Assembly (NCBI GenBank): GCA_030266405.1
Contig: JAJDHW010000001.1
Coordinates: forward strand, 1-50,857
Direction: 5' to 3'
Source: Methanobrevibacter sp. OttesenSCG-928-I08
GTDB lineage: Archaea > Methanobacteriota > Methanobacteria > Methanobacteriales > Methanobacteriaceae
Length of the DNA: 50,857 nucleotides
The notes under the pieces are model-generated. The model searched no databases. It had not been told where the DNA came from and saw only the letters and a list, made by a program, of their open reading frames with translations. A program made the position numbers and the translations under genes. Below are positions 36,364 through 45,837 of this stretch, in pieces (position 1 is the first letter of the stretch; each line of letters opens with the position of its first letter).

Positions 36364-37494
36364 TTATTCAATCAGTTCAAAATCATGTTTTTCAAACTCA
36401 TTTCCATTAATTATTATGGAAATCTTATGTAGTCCAAGATGGAACTTCCTTGTTGTTATTAACTTAAAAGATTGTTTTCTATTAATCAATGTTACTGAAT
36501 TTTCTTTATATTCTTTTTCACTAATTTTATAAACTTTCTTTGATAATGTTCCATTTGCTTTTTGATAATAAATTGCATATTCCAGTCGTATTTTGCTTTT
36601 TTCATCAATATTATTCAATAATTTAAAATTAAATTCTAATGATTCTCCAATTTTAACTTTAGGAGTTGATATATGAAAATCCTCTATTTTAATATTTTCT
36701 ATAGATCCAAAACCAAATAATTCCATCACTTCACTATTACCTTGTTTTAATAGTGTTCTACAACCATGTTTAATAATCCAATCAGTATTTTTTGATTCTC
36801 CTTTCCATTTTTTTACTAAATCAATGACTATTTTAGGATTATCTTTTACTATATCATTTAAATTATTTGCAACACTTTTTCTTACAGATTCTGAAGGATC
36901 ATTTTTTAGATTTTCTAAAATTGGAATTATAGAAGATGGATTTTCCTTTAAGTTAGGTAATGCCATATGCCATGGAAGTCTTGGACGGCAACCTTCTGAT
37001 GAAACTCGTCTTACAGCCCAATTTTCATGTTTAGACCAAATCAACATTTGTTTCATCATTTCATCAGGATATTTTAAGATAAAAGGTCGAACTGCTCCTT
37101 CACAACTTGTAAATTGCGTGATTTCTTCTATGGTTTCAATAGATGTTTCATAATCATCTAATCCATAGTCTCCAACATATCCTCCTAAAAATCCATATTC
37201 TAATGATAAACCAAATCCTGTATCCTGTACTTTTGACCAATATGGAGTTTCTTTTAGATAATTTATTAATTCAATGATATTATCTGTTGCAGTTTTATAA
37301 TCTGAAGGTAAAATATTTTTTAATGTTGTAGAGAGGTGTCTTCCTCTGTCTACTATTCCTTTATTTTCCCATTTATCATCCATAATTTGAGATAAAAATA
37401 ATTGTTCATCAAAATCCCCAATTACATTTTTTAGAGCTTTTGTATATTCATTGAAAAATTCTTCATTAAAAATGTTTTTAAAAGGTTCTCCCAT
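36364..37494 (-). CDS. DNA alkylation repair protein (AlkC-like HEAT repeat with C-terminal Ig-like domain)
   Basis: FTSCEGAVRPF, VRRVSSEGCRPRLPW, VRKSVANNLND..KDNP, LEYAIYYQKANG, TTRKFHLG. Confidence 0.85.
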   Translation of the reverse strand: MGEPFKNIFNEEFFNEYTKALKNVIGDFDEQLFLSQIMDDKWENKGIVDRGRHLSTTLKNILPSDYKTATDNIIELINYLKETPYWSKVQDTGFGLSLEYGFLGGYVGDYGLDDYETSIETIEEITQFTSCEGAVRPFILKYPDEMMKQMLIWSKHENWAVRRVSSEGCRPRLPWHMALPNLKENPSSIIPILENLKNDPSESVRKSVANNLNDIVKDNPKIVIDLVKKWKGESKNTDWIIKHGCRTLLKQGNSEVMELFGFGSIENIKIEDFHISTPKVKIGESLEFNFKLLNNIDEKSKIRLEYAIYYQKANGTLSKKVYKISEKEYKENSVTLINRKQSFKLITTRKFHLGLHKISIIINGNEFEKHDFELIE

Positions 37495-37561
37495 GTTTTC
37501 ACCAGTTAATAATGTATTTTTTTATCCAGACTCTTTAAATTAAATTAATTGATGTTGAAAG

Positions 37562-37599
37562 TTTTAGAGATGAAATTGAAAAAATTTATTAATAAAATT
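37562..37599 (+). repeat. 38-bp direct repeat, right copy
   Basis: TTTTAGAGATGAAATTGAAAAAATTTATTAATAAAATT; 2 mismatches to 35620-35657. Confidence 0.85.
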
Positions 37600-37629
37600 C
37601 ATAATTGTTATTAAAAATAAAATAAATTA

Positions 37630-37666
37630 TAAAAAAAATAGTAAATAGCTCTGAAATTATCAGAGC
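37630..37666 (-). terminator. Terminator of the korDABC-sucC operon
   Basis: GCTCTGA/TCAGAGC hairpin at 37648-37666 followed on the minus strand by T8. Confidence 0.55.
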
Positions 37667-37678
37667 AAGATTATTTAA

Positions 37679-38785
37679 TTATTTTAAAGAATTACAAATT
37701 TCTACAGCCTTTTTAGCAGCCTTTTCCATTGATATATCATATGGAATTCCAGCTTCTTCAAGTAGCCTTTGTCCTTCTTCTTCATTAGTTCCTGTTAAAC
37801 GAATGACAATATTGACTTTTCTTTTAGATTTTTCTAAAACTTTAATAATTCCTCTTGCAACATCATCTGCACGAGTAATTCCACCTAAAACATTTAAAAA
37901 GACTACTTTTACAGGAGGATAGTTTAAAACTATATTAAGAGCTTTTTTAATAGTATTTTCAGAAGCTCCACCACCAATATCTAAAAATGTAGCAGGTTTC
38001 CCTCCATTAAGTTTTATCATATCCATACCAGTTAAAGTTAAACCCGCACCATTACCAATAACAGCAATATCTCCATCAAGTTTTACAAAATCTAATTCTT
38101 TCTTTTTAAAGGAGTTTAGTTCTACTAAATCTGGATGTCTAAATAAAGAATCATTTTCAATTTCAAGTTTTGCATCAGCTGCAATTAAACCTTCATCAGT
38201 TAAAGCTAATGGATTTATCTCAGCAGTTTCTGCATCATATTTATTAAATACATTAAATAGTTTCCAAATTATTGTTCCAACTGGAGAAATCAAATCAGAA
38301 GATACACCCATTTTACGAGCAATTTCACGAGCTTCATAAGGTAAAAATTCTTCTAAAGGATTTGGATAATATTTTATAATTTTTTCAGGATTTGTAATAG
38401 CTAAGTTTTCTATTTCAACTCCACCTTCGCGGCTAGCTATTATAACTGGTTTTTTCTCGTTACGATCTATAGAAACACTTACAAAAAACTCTTGTAAAAT
38501 ATTTGCTTTTTTCTCAACAAGTAAATGTTTTACTTTTTCCCCTTTAATATCCATATCAAGTAATTCTTCAGCTATTGAAAAAGCTTCTCCAGGATCATCT
38601 GCAAATTTAATTCCACCAGCTTTACCTCTTCCTCCAATTAAAACTTGGGATTTAAGTACTACTGGTTCATCCATTTCTGATGTAATTTCCATAGCTTCAC
38701 TTGGTGAGTAGGCAACATGGCCTTCTAAAATAGCTATTCCTTCTTTTTTAAAGATTTTTTTTGCATTGTGTTCAAAAAACTTCAT
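37679..38785 (-). CDS. sucC: Succinyl-CoA synthetase beta subunit
   Basis: GGRGKAGGIK, EINPL, GNGAGL, FLDIGGG, RLTGTN. Confidence 0.96.
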   Translation of the reverse strand: MKFFEHNAKKIFKKEGIAILEGHVAYSPSEAMEITSEMDEPVVLKSQVLIGGRGKAGGIKFADDPGEAFSIAEELLDMDIKGEKVKHLLVEKKANILQEFFVSVSIDRNEKKPVIIASREGGVEIENLAITNPEKIIKYYPNPLEEFLPYEAREIARKMGVSSDLISPVGTIIWKLFNVFNKYDAETAEINPLALTDEGLIAADAKLEIENDSLFRHPDLVELNSFKKKELDFVKLDGDIAVIGNGAGLTLTGMDMIKLNGGKPATFLDIGGGASENTIKKALNIVLNYPPVKVVFLNVLGGITRADDVARGIIKVLEKSKRKVNIVIRLTGTNEEEGQRLLEEAGIPYDISMEKAAKKAVEICNSLK

Positions 38786-38797
38786 TTTTAAAAACCC

Positions 38798-39343
38798 CTA
38801 AACTAAATTATAACCTGCTTCAAAAGCTTCTATATTTTTCTTCTCTGTTCCATGAGGTACACTATCTTCAATAGCTTTTATTGCAGCTTCTTTTGATATA
38901 ACCCCTGTAATTTTTGTAATTGCTCCAATCATTACAATATTTGCAACAATTTTAAGTCCAATTTCGTTTTCTGCAGTTTCAGTAGCTGGAGCTCTATATA
39001 ATGTAATATTATGTTCTTTTACAAAATCTTCAATTTCACTTTCAATTACTCTTCCAGGATCAATGATAAAAATACCATTGTCTTTTAAATCAAGCATATA
39101 TTTTAATGCTGATTCATGAGACATAGCTACTAATATATCAGGATGTTTTACTTTAGGATAATCAATTTCTTCATCACTAATTATAACTTCACATTTAGAA
39201 GCTCCTCCACGAGCTTCAGGTCCATATGATTGGGTTTGAACTGCATCATTATGATCAAAAAGAGATGCTGCTTTACCTAAAATAATTCCAGCTAAAATAA
39301 CACCTTGACCTCCAAATCCAGCTATTCTAATTTCTTTTCTCAT
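38798..39343 (-). CDS. korC: 2-oxoglutarate:ferredoxin oxidoreductase gamma subunit
   Basis: AGFGGQGVI, QSYGPEARGG; ATG 39343 after GGGAGG. Confidence 0.9.
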   Translation of the reverse strand: MRKEIRIAGFGGQGVILAGIILGKAASLFDHNDAVQTQSYGPEARGGASKCEVIISDEEIDYPKVKHPDILVAMSHESALKYMLDLKDNGIFIIDPGRVIESEIEDFVKEHNITLYRAPATETAENEIGLKIVANIVMIGAITKITGVISKEAAIKAIEDSVPHGTEKKNIEAFEAGYNLV

Positions 39344-39358
39344 ATAAAAACCTCCCAA

Positions 39359-40222
39359 TTAATCAAAATCCTCTGAATATGCAGAATAAATTAAAGGATC
39401 TTTTCCATAATGTGATTTAGATAAATTTTTAATATTATCTACAAATTCTCCTTTTTGCTTATTAACAAATTCCCCTACAACAATTTTTCCTTCTAATTCT
39501 TTTTCAGTATATGATGGAAGTTCAGATGTAAAAATTGTATTATTTTTAAAGTAAGATGCCATATCAACAGGAGTTTTTAATTTGTTTTTACGCCCATAGT
39601 AAGTTGGACATTGTGATACTATTTCAACAAAGGAAAATCCTGGATTTTTTAAAGCATCTCTAATTGATCTAACCATGTCATCTACTTTTAATGTTGTCCA
39701 TCTTGCAGCATAACTTGCACCTGCTGCTGTAACAAGTTCAGCTAGTTTAAATGGATATTCATCAACACCATAAGGAGCTGTACTTCCATAACTTTTATGA
39801 GGAGAAGTTGGACTAATTTGACCACCAGTCATTCCATAAATATTATTATTAATACATATAACAGTAAGGTTAATATTACGTCTTGCAGCATGAATTAAAT
39901 GATTTCCACCAATAGCTGCAGCATCTCCATCACCAGTAAATACTACGACATCTAAATCTGAATTTGATGTTTTTAATCCTGTTGCAAAACTAATAGCTCT
40001 CCCATGAGTAGTATGGAGAGAATCACATTTCATATAACCAGGTATTCTTGAAGAACAGCCAATACCAGAAACCATAGCTATATTATCAAAATCCATTTCA
40101 GCATCTTCCATACCTTGAATAAATCCATTCATAATTGTTCCAATTCCACAACCAGAACAAAAGATATGTGGAAGTCTATCTTCTCTTAAATATTTTAAAA
40201 ATGGAGATTTTTCATCAGACAT
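39359..40222 (-). CDS. korB: 2-oxoglutarate:ferredoxin oxidoreductase beta subunit
   Basis: FCSGCG, SGIGCS, GDGD TPP motif, YGMTGGQISPT. Confidence 0.92.
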   Translation of the reverse strand: MSDEKSPFLKYLREDRLPHIFCSGCGIGTIMNGFIQGMEDAEMDFDNIAMVSGIGCSSRIPGYMKCDSLHTTHGRAISFATGLKTSNSDLDVVVFTGDGDAAAIGGNHLIHAARRNINLTVICINNNIYGMTGGQISPTSPHKSYGSTAPYGVDEYPFKLAELVTAAGASYAARWTTLKVDDMVRSIRDALKNPGFSFVEIVSQCPTYYGRKNKLKTPVDMASYFKNNTIFTSELPSYTEKELEGKIVVGEFVNKQKGEFVDNIKNLSKSHYGKDPLIYSAYSEDFD

Positions 40223-40223
40223 A

Positions 40224-41348
40224 TTATTTACCTCCTATTTCTTCAATTTTAGATAAAATTTCATTTGGATGAGGTAATTCCCCTCCAATTTTACCAATTA
40301 AATGAGTATTAGATTGAGAGCATGCTACTCTTTCAACTTCCCAATACATTTGACCTAAGTTCATTTCAACAACTATTATATCCTCTGCAGTTTTGGCTAT
40401 TTCTTTAATTTCTTCTTCTGGGAAAGGCCATGGTGTATTAATTTTAAGATAACCTACTTTAAGGCCTTCTTCTCTAGCATCTTTAACTGCTGTAATAGCT
40501 GATCTAAATGGAGCACCATATGTAACTAAAACAATATCTGCATCATCACAATGTGATTTTTCAACAGAAATAATCTCATCTTTATTATCTAAAATCTTAT
40601 TAGTTAATCTTCTAACAAGTATATCATGAGTTTTAGGATTATTTGCATCAGGATAACCACGTTCATCATGAGTTAAACCAGTAACATGAATATCATACCC
40701 TTGACCAAAGGAAGGCATTGGATTAACCTCATCTGAATTTTTAAATGGTAAAAAGTTCTCTTTATCAGGCATTACTCTTGGAGTAATATCAATTTTATCA
40801 GGAATTACAATTTTTTCCCTCATATGACCAATAATCTCATCAGCCATAATAAAAACAGGAGTTCTAAATTTTTCTGATAAATTAAATGCTCTAATTGTAA
40901 AATCAAAGTATTCTTGAACAGAGGAAGGTGATAATGCAATTGGTTCATAATCTCCATGAGAACCCCAACGAGCTTGCATCATATCTCCTTGAGCAGCCAT
41001 AGTTGGCTGACCAGTTGAAGGAGATCCTCTTTGAACATCAACAATTACAATTGGAGTTTCTGTTATAAATGCATAACCAATATTTTCCTGCATAAGTGAA
41101 AATCCCGGACCTGAAGTTGCAGTCATAGATTTTGAACCACCCCATGACCCTCCAATAATTGATCCTGCAGCTGCTATTTCATCTTCCATTTGAACAAATG
41201 ATCCACCATGTTTTGGAAGGTTACGAGCTAAATATTCAGCTACTTCAGTAGATGGAGTAATTGGATAACCACCAAAAAATCTACATCCAGCTCTTAAAGC
41301 TCCTTCCGCACATGCTTCATTACCTTGAATAAATAATTCTTCTGTCAT
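40224..41348 (-). CDS. korA: 2-oxoglutarate:ferredoxin oxidoreductase alpha subunit
   Basis: GYPITPSTE, QMEDEI, TATSGPGFSL, QRGSPSTG; clustered with sucC. Confidence 0.92.
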   Translation of the reverse strand: MTEELFIQGNEACAEGALRAGCRFFGGYPITPSTEVAEYLARNLPKHGGSFVQMEDEIAAAGSIIGGSWGGSKSMTATSGPGFSLMQENIGYAFITETPIVIVDVQRGSPSTGQPTMAAQGDMMQARWGSHGDYEPIALSPSSVQEYFDFTIRAFNLSEKFRTPVFIMADEIIGHMREKIVIPDKIDITPRVMPDKENFLPFKNSDEVNPMPSFGQGYDIHVTGLTHDERGYPDANNPKTHDILVRRLTNKILDNKDEIISVEKSHCDDADIVLVTYGAPFRSAITAVKDAREEGLKVGYLKINTPWPFPEEEIKEIAKTAEDIIVVEMNLGQMYWEVERVACSQSNTHLIGKIGGELPHPNEILSKIEEIGGK

Positions 41349-41349
41349 A

Positions 41350-41622
41350 TTAATCTCCTTGTTTTATTTTTGAGAAATTTGGATTAAATTTCCAGTTTGA
41401 ATTCTCCTTTAACCACCAATGTTTTTCAACTCCAACATCAATTGCTTGATCAGGACATATAAGTTCGCAGTCTCCGCAACTAGTACACTCTTTCTCATAT
41501 TTAGGATAAGGTAGTGCAACTCCTTTCTTATTAGTTGTTGAAGAAATCATATAAACATTCTTATAACATATAAAGACACAAAGATGACATCCTTTGCATA
41601 AATCTTCGTCTATTTTTATCAT
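41350..41622 (-). CDS. korD: 2-oxoglutarate:ferredoxin oxidoreductase delta subunit (2[4Fe-4S] ferredoxin)
   Basis: CKGCHLCVFIC and CTSCGDCELICP. Confidence 0.88.
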   Translation of the reverse strand: MIKIDEDLCKGCHLCVFICYKNVYMISSTTNKKGVALPYPKYEKECTSCGDCELICPDQAIDVGVEKHWWLKENSNWKFNPNFSKIKQGD

Positions 41623-41845
41623 TATAATCTCCTATATAATAGTAATATTATAAATTTGTTTTAACATTAAATAAATCATTGCTTTTATAAAATATATTAA
41701 AACTTGATATAAACATGGGAAAAATTTAAAAAACTTCTAAAACTAAATGAAAAAAACTAAGAAAAAAACTTAATTTTATGAAAATATTTGTAAAAATTTT
41801 AACTTGAAAAAAATTTTATAAAGTTTAAAAAATACAATAATTAAT

Positions 41846-42337
41846 ATGATTCCAATAAACACACCTGTTGAAAATGAAGAAATAGCTAAGTTAAAAGTTG
41901 GAGATAAAATAGCTATTTCAGGAGAAATATACACAGGTCGTGATGCAGCATTACCTAAACTTGTAGATTCAGTAAAAAATGGAAATCCATTAATTGATAT
42001 AAATAAAATAGCTATTATGCATACAGCTGTAAGTAATGCAGGAATAGCTCCAACAACTAGTAATAAAGAAGAAATTGAAAACTCAATACCATTTTTATCA
42101 GAAAATGGAGTTAAAATTCATATTGGAAAAGGATCTTTATCTTTAAAAACTATTGAATCATTAAATAAAAATAATTCTATTTTTGTAATTACACCACCAG
42201 TAGCTGCACTTTTAACAGATTCAATAAAAGAAAAAAAATGTGTTGCATTATCTGAGGAAGGAATTGAAGCTATTTACAAATTAAAAGTAGAAAATATTCC
42301 TGGAATTGTGGCTTGTGCTCATGGAAAAAGTATTTAA
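41846..42337 (+). CDS. Class I fumarate hydratase, beta (C-terminal) subunit
   Basis: LKVGD...SGEIYTGRDAA, APTTS, IGKG. Confidence 0.85.
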   Translation: MIPINTPVENEEIAKLKVGDKIAISGEIYTGRDAALPKLVDSVKNGNPLIDINKIAIMHTAVSNAGIAPTTSNKEEIENSIPFLSENGVKIHIGKGSLSLKTIESLNKNNSIFVITPPVAALLTDSIKEKKCVALSEEGIEAIYKLKVENIPGIVACAHGKSI

Positions 42338-42365
42338 AAATATATTTATTATAAGAGGCATTAAC

Positions 42366-42596
42366 ATGTTTGATAGTAAAATAAATAAAGGATATAAAGT
42401 GACAATACCTATAGAATTAGTAGAAGAATTGGGAATAAAAGAAAATGATAAAATTTCATTAAAAATAAATGAACAAGGAAATATGGAAATAATTCCAAGA
42501 AAAAAGACATTGAATGATATAAAAGGAATGATAAGTGATGAAAATATGGATTCTCTAAAAGATACTGCAAAAGCTGGAAGAGGAGAAAAAATTTAA
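42366..42596 (+). CDS. AbrB/MazE/SpoVT-family antitoxin-like DNA-binding protein
   Basis: SKINKGYKVTIPIELVEELGIKENDKI swapped-hairpin motif and LNDIKGMI tail; GAGG RBS before ATG 42366. Confidence 0.8.
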   Translation: MFDSKINKGYKVTIPIELVEELGIKENDKISLKINEQGNMEIIPRKKTLNDIKGMISDENMDSLKDTAKAGRGEKI

Positions 42597-42697
42597 ATGT
42601 TTATATCTTTGATTCTAATTTTAATAAAGTAAAATAAGTATTAATTAAAATAAAATTTAAAAAAGTAATGTTTAAAAATAAATAATTTAGAAGAAGA

Positions 42698-43432
42698 TTA
42701 TTCCTCTTCTTCAGTTTCTTCAGGTTCTTCTACTCTTTTTTCAAACTCATCAAGGAAATTGACTTTTTCAACATCCATGTTTTCCCAGATATCTTTAGCA
42801 ATTCTAAATCTTGCAAAAGTTACATCCATGTAAGATTTTTGATCGAATTTTGTAATTTCATCTAATTTGATGTTAACAACTTTTCCATCAAAGGTAATTT
42901 CAGTTTTATCAATATCCATGTTAGGATAAGCATAGTGAAGTTGAATCATACTTTTAATTTTTTCTTCATCATCTTCGATTACTTCAACAACTTCAAAATC
43001 ATAAACAAGATCTTTACCAGCTAATTCATGGTTAAAATCAACTTTTACTCTTCCACCATTAACAGTTAAAATTTTTCCAGTGTTATTTTCTGCAGTAATT
43101 TTCATACCTGGAACAGGAGTCATACCTTGTTTTTTAAATTCTTTAACTGGTATAAGTTCAATTAAGCTAGAATCTCTATCACCAAAAGCATCTTTACTTT
43201 CAACTTCTAAATTTTTAGAATCTCCTTTTTTCATACCAACAATAGCTTCATCAAGTGCTGGTAAAAGATGATTACCTCCAACAACAATTGGTATTGGTGC
43301 ATAAGTTTTCTCTTCAACAAAAATATCTGCATCTTTTGCAGTTTCTTCATAAGTTGTATCAAAAACATCTCCAGTTTCAGCTATTTTACCAGTAAAATCT
43401 ATTTTAACAAAATCTCCTTCTTTAATTGCCAT
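42698..43432 (-). CDS. Long-type FKBP peptidyl-prolyl cis-trans isomerase
   Basis: [25 protein letters not shown], acidic tail. Confidence 0.93.
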   Translation of the reverse strand: MAIKEGDFVKIDFTGKIAETGDVFDTTYEETAKDADIFVEEKTYAPIPIVVGGNHLLPALDEAIVGMKKGDSKNLEVESKDAFGDRDSSLIELIPVKEFKKQGMTPVPGMKITAENNTGKILTVNGGRVKVDFNHELAGKDLVYDFEVVEVIEDDEEKIKSMIQLHYAYPNMDIDKTEITFDGKVVNIKLDEITKFDQKSYMDVTFARFRIAKDIWENMDVEKVNFLDEFEKRVEEPEETEEEE

Positions 43433-43648
43433 AATAATTACTCTCCTATAAATTTGTATAATTTTTGATTAAATTTATAACAAAAATAAATTTATTTTAT
43501 GTATATATTAAATCTTTTGTATTAATTTTTAGCATAAATATTTTTAAAAGAGGTTAAAATTCATAATACTATGCAATATAACTTTTAAATAACAATCAAA
43601 GTTAAATAATACTTTAATTAAATAATTACAATAACGATTGATTAATTT

Positions 43649-44238
43649 ATGAATAAAACAGGGTTTTTTATTATGGATTCGGAATATATAAAAGAAAATT
43701 ACATCTTTGAAAAATTATCATCAAAACATGAATTAAGTAATTTTAATTGTGGTGATGATGAATTAAATGATTTTTTAATTAATGATGCATTATGTCAACA
43801 ATCTGAAAATTTAAATGTTACTCAATTAATTGTTTGTGATAGTGAAATTATAGGTTTTGTTACATTGCTAACAGATACATTGAAAATAAAAAAACTAATG
43901 ATGAAATAAAAAAATCCATAAAAAAACATGCCCCTAAACTGAAAGTAGTCCCATCCATAAAAATAGGTAGATTCGCAATATCTAATAAATATTCTAGGCA
44001 AGGCATAGGTACAAATTTTATGGAACATACAATTAGTGAAATTGTGGAAGAATTTTCCACTAAAATTGGAATGAAATTTATTATTGTCGAAGGATATGCT
44101 AAAGCATATGATTTTTATATAAAAATAAACTTTGAACTTCTAAACAATACAGAAGAAGAAATTAAAAAATTAAATAAAGCAAAAGAAAGAAATCCATCTC
44201 AAACATTCATACTATTTCAAAATATTACAAAATTATGA
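43649..44238 (+). pseudogene. GNAT acetyltransferase (AtaT/TacT toxin-like) split by a -1 frameshift at an A7 run
   Basis: FNCGDDELNDFL in the first frame; PSIKIGRFAISNKYSRQGIG and IIVEGYAKAYDFY in the -1 frame; junction ATA AAA AAA CTA at 43886-43897. Confidence 0.8.
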
Positions 44239-44388
44239 TTGAAAATGAATTTTTCTTTCAGATCGAAGTTTTTTTAGTTTTTTACTAAATTCTTTATCTT
44301 TTTCAGTGGGAGGCTCATTCATTTTCTTTAAAAAAGCTTCTGCAGCTTCACCTTCTAAAGTAGGTGTTGGTTTAATTGGTTTTGCCAT
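44233..44388 (-). CDS. 51-aa small protein MAKPIKPTPTLEGEAAEAFLKKMNEPPTEKDKEFSKKLKKLRSERKIHFQS (antitoxin candidate)
   Basis: Hand translation; GAGAGG RBS; TTTATAT box about 55-60 nt upstream of the ATG; overlaps the GNAT stop by 6 bp. Confidence 0.75.
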   Translation of the reverse strand: MAKPIKPTPTLEGEAAEAFLKKMNEPPTEKDKEFSKKLKKLRSERKIHFQS

Positions 44389-44529
44389 ATTATCCTCTCA
44401 TTTTTTATAACGTTAATATAAATTATAATTTGATTTTAAAGATATATAAAGCTTTCTTTGACTGATTAAAGAAAATTTAAGCCAATTGAAAAATTCACTC
44501 AAAAATAAAAAATTGTTACCATTAAATAA

Positions 44530-45072
44530 TTACTCTTTATTTTCATTATGAATATTAACATTTTTTCCATGAGCTGTTGGTATAACTTCAAAAACAGGGT
44601 CTTCAAAATCTAAATTAAATTCTTGACCATCCATTAATAAGTGTTGAAATACAGCTAAAGAAGACACTTCAGAATGAGGTTGTGTTGTAACAGAAACATT
44701 CCAATCAGAATTTTTATAAACTTCAGTTGGAACTTTTGCACCTCCAACAATAATTAAAATATCTGAATTAGATTCTTGAACTTCAGATACAATTTCATTA
44801 GCTTGAGATCCATACATTGTCAAATGAACAATTTTTCCACCATTGTCTCTCCAATTTAAAATGAATTTTTTAAAATTTTTAACATAATCAACTTTAAAAT
44901 CTCCACCCCACCTATCTACAATGTCTTCAACGTTTTTCATTAGTTTTGCATCTTCTTGACCACTCAGATGTATTTTACTTGCTCCAAAAGCTCTTGCAGT
45001 AAGACAAACATGAGTAGTAATACGAGTATCTCTCCCAATTCTATGATCTAACCTTAATACTTCTACATTCAT
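44530..45072 (-). CDS. trm56: tRNA (cytidine(56)-2'-O)-methyltransferase
   Basis: HRIGRDTRITTHVCLTARAFGA, HLTMYG, VGGAKVP, QPHSEV. Confidence 0.95.
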   Translation of the reverse strand: MNVEVLRLDHRIGRDTRITTHVCLTARAFGASKIHLSGQEDAKLMKNVEDIVDRWGGDFKVDYVKNFKKFILNWRDNGGKIVHLTMYGSQANEIVSEVQESNSDILIIVGGAKVPTEVYKNSDWNVSVTTQPHSEVSSLAVFQHLLMDGQEFNLDFEDPVFEVIPTAHGKNVNIHNENKE

Positions 45073-45833
45073 AAAACCACTCCAAATAAAATAACCATTG
45101 CAAGTAAAGAAATCATTCTTCCAAATTCATTTGAAGCACCAAGTACATCACCAGTTGCAACATTAAAATTGTATTTTGCAATTAAAGCAATTAGTGCGCC
45201 TGCAAATACCCCTCCAAGTATTCCTATAATTCCTGCAAATCCTCCAATAACATAAGAAATAGCTATAAAAATAATTATTGAAATTGAATAATTAATTAAA
45301 TTCATAGATTTAATAAAATGCATTCCAATTCCTTCATTTTTAGAAGCAGAACATATACAAGTTGTTAAAAGAGAAATCTTAGAAGCAACTTCAGCTATTA
45401 TAATACCTACAATAAAATTAAATTCTAATAAATTTGTAATTGTTAAAACTGTAATTAAAGCTACAATAAAAAAGGTAGTAATTCCACCAGTTCCAACAAT
45501 AGAATCTTTCATAACTCGTAATTTTTTAGCTGAATCCCCATGAACCATTACAGCATCAGCCATATCCATCAAACCATCAATATGATTAAATCCTGTAATA
45601 ATTAAAAAGAATGCATAAACAATAGCTCCAGATAATAAAGAAGAGAAATTAAGAATATCCAAACATAAATATCCAATTAAAGCTCCTAAAAATCCAATAA
45701 ATAAATGAACAAAAGGCCATAACCATGTTAAACGAGTCATATTTTCTAAAGTAGTATGAACTCTTAAAGGAATAACTGTTGAAAAAGTTATAAGTCCTAA
45801 AAATGAATGTAATAAAGAATGTTTTTCTTCCAT
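45069..45833 (-). CDS. cobS: Adenosylcobinamide-GDP ribazoletransferase (cobalamin synthase)
   Basis: HIDGLMDMADA, MKDSIVGTGG, TGDVLGASNE; multi-pass membrane protein; ATG 45833 is the likely start. Confidence 0.93.
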   Translation of the reverse strand: MEEKHSLLHSFLGLITFSTVIPLRVHTTLENMTRLTWLWPFVHLFIGFLGALIGYLCLDILNFSSLLSGAIVYAFFLIITGFNHIDGLMDMADAVMVHGDSAKKLRVMKDSIVGTGGITTFFIVALITVLTITNLLEFNFIVGIIIAEVASKISLLTTCICSASKNEGIGMHFIKSMNLINYSISIIIFIAISYVIGGFAGIIGILGGVFAGALIALIAKYNFNVATGDVLGASNEFGRMISLLAMVILFGVVL

Positions 45834-45837
45834 AGTA

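Noticed and set aside
37679-42337. sucC without sucD and fumarate hydratase beta without alpha
   Set aside because: Dispersed partner subunits are common in methanogens and the partners are probably outside the window.
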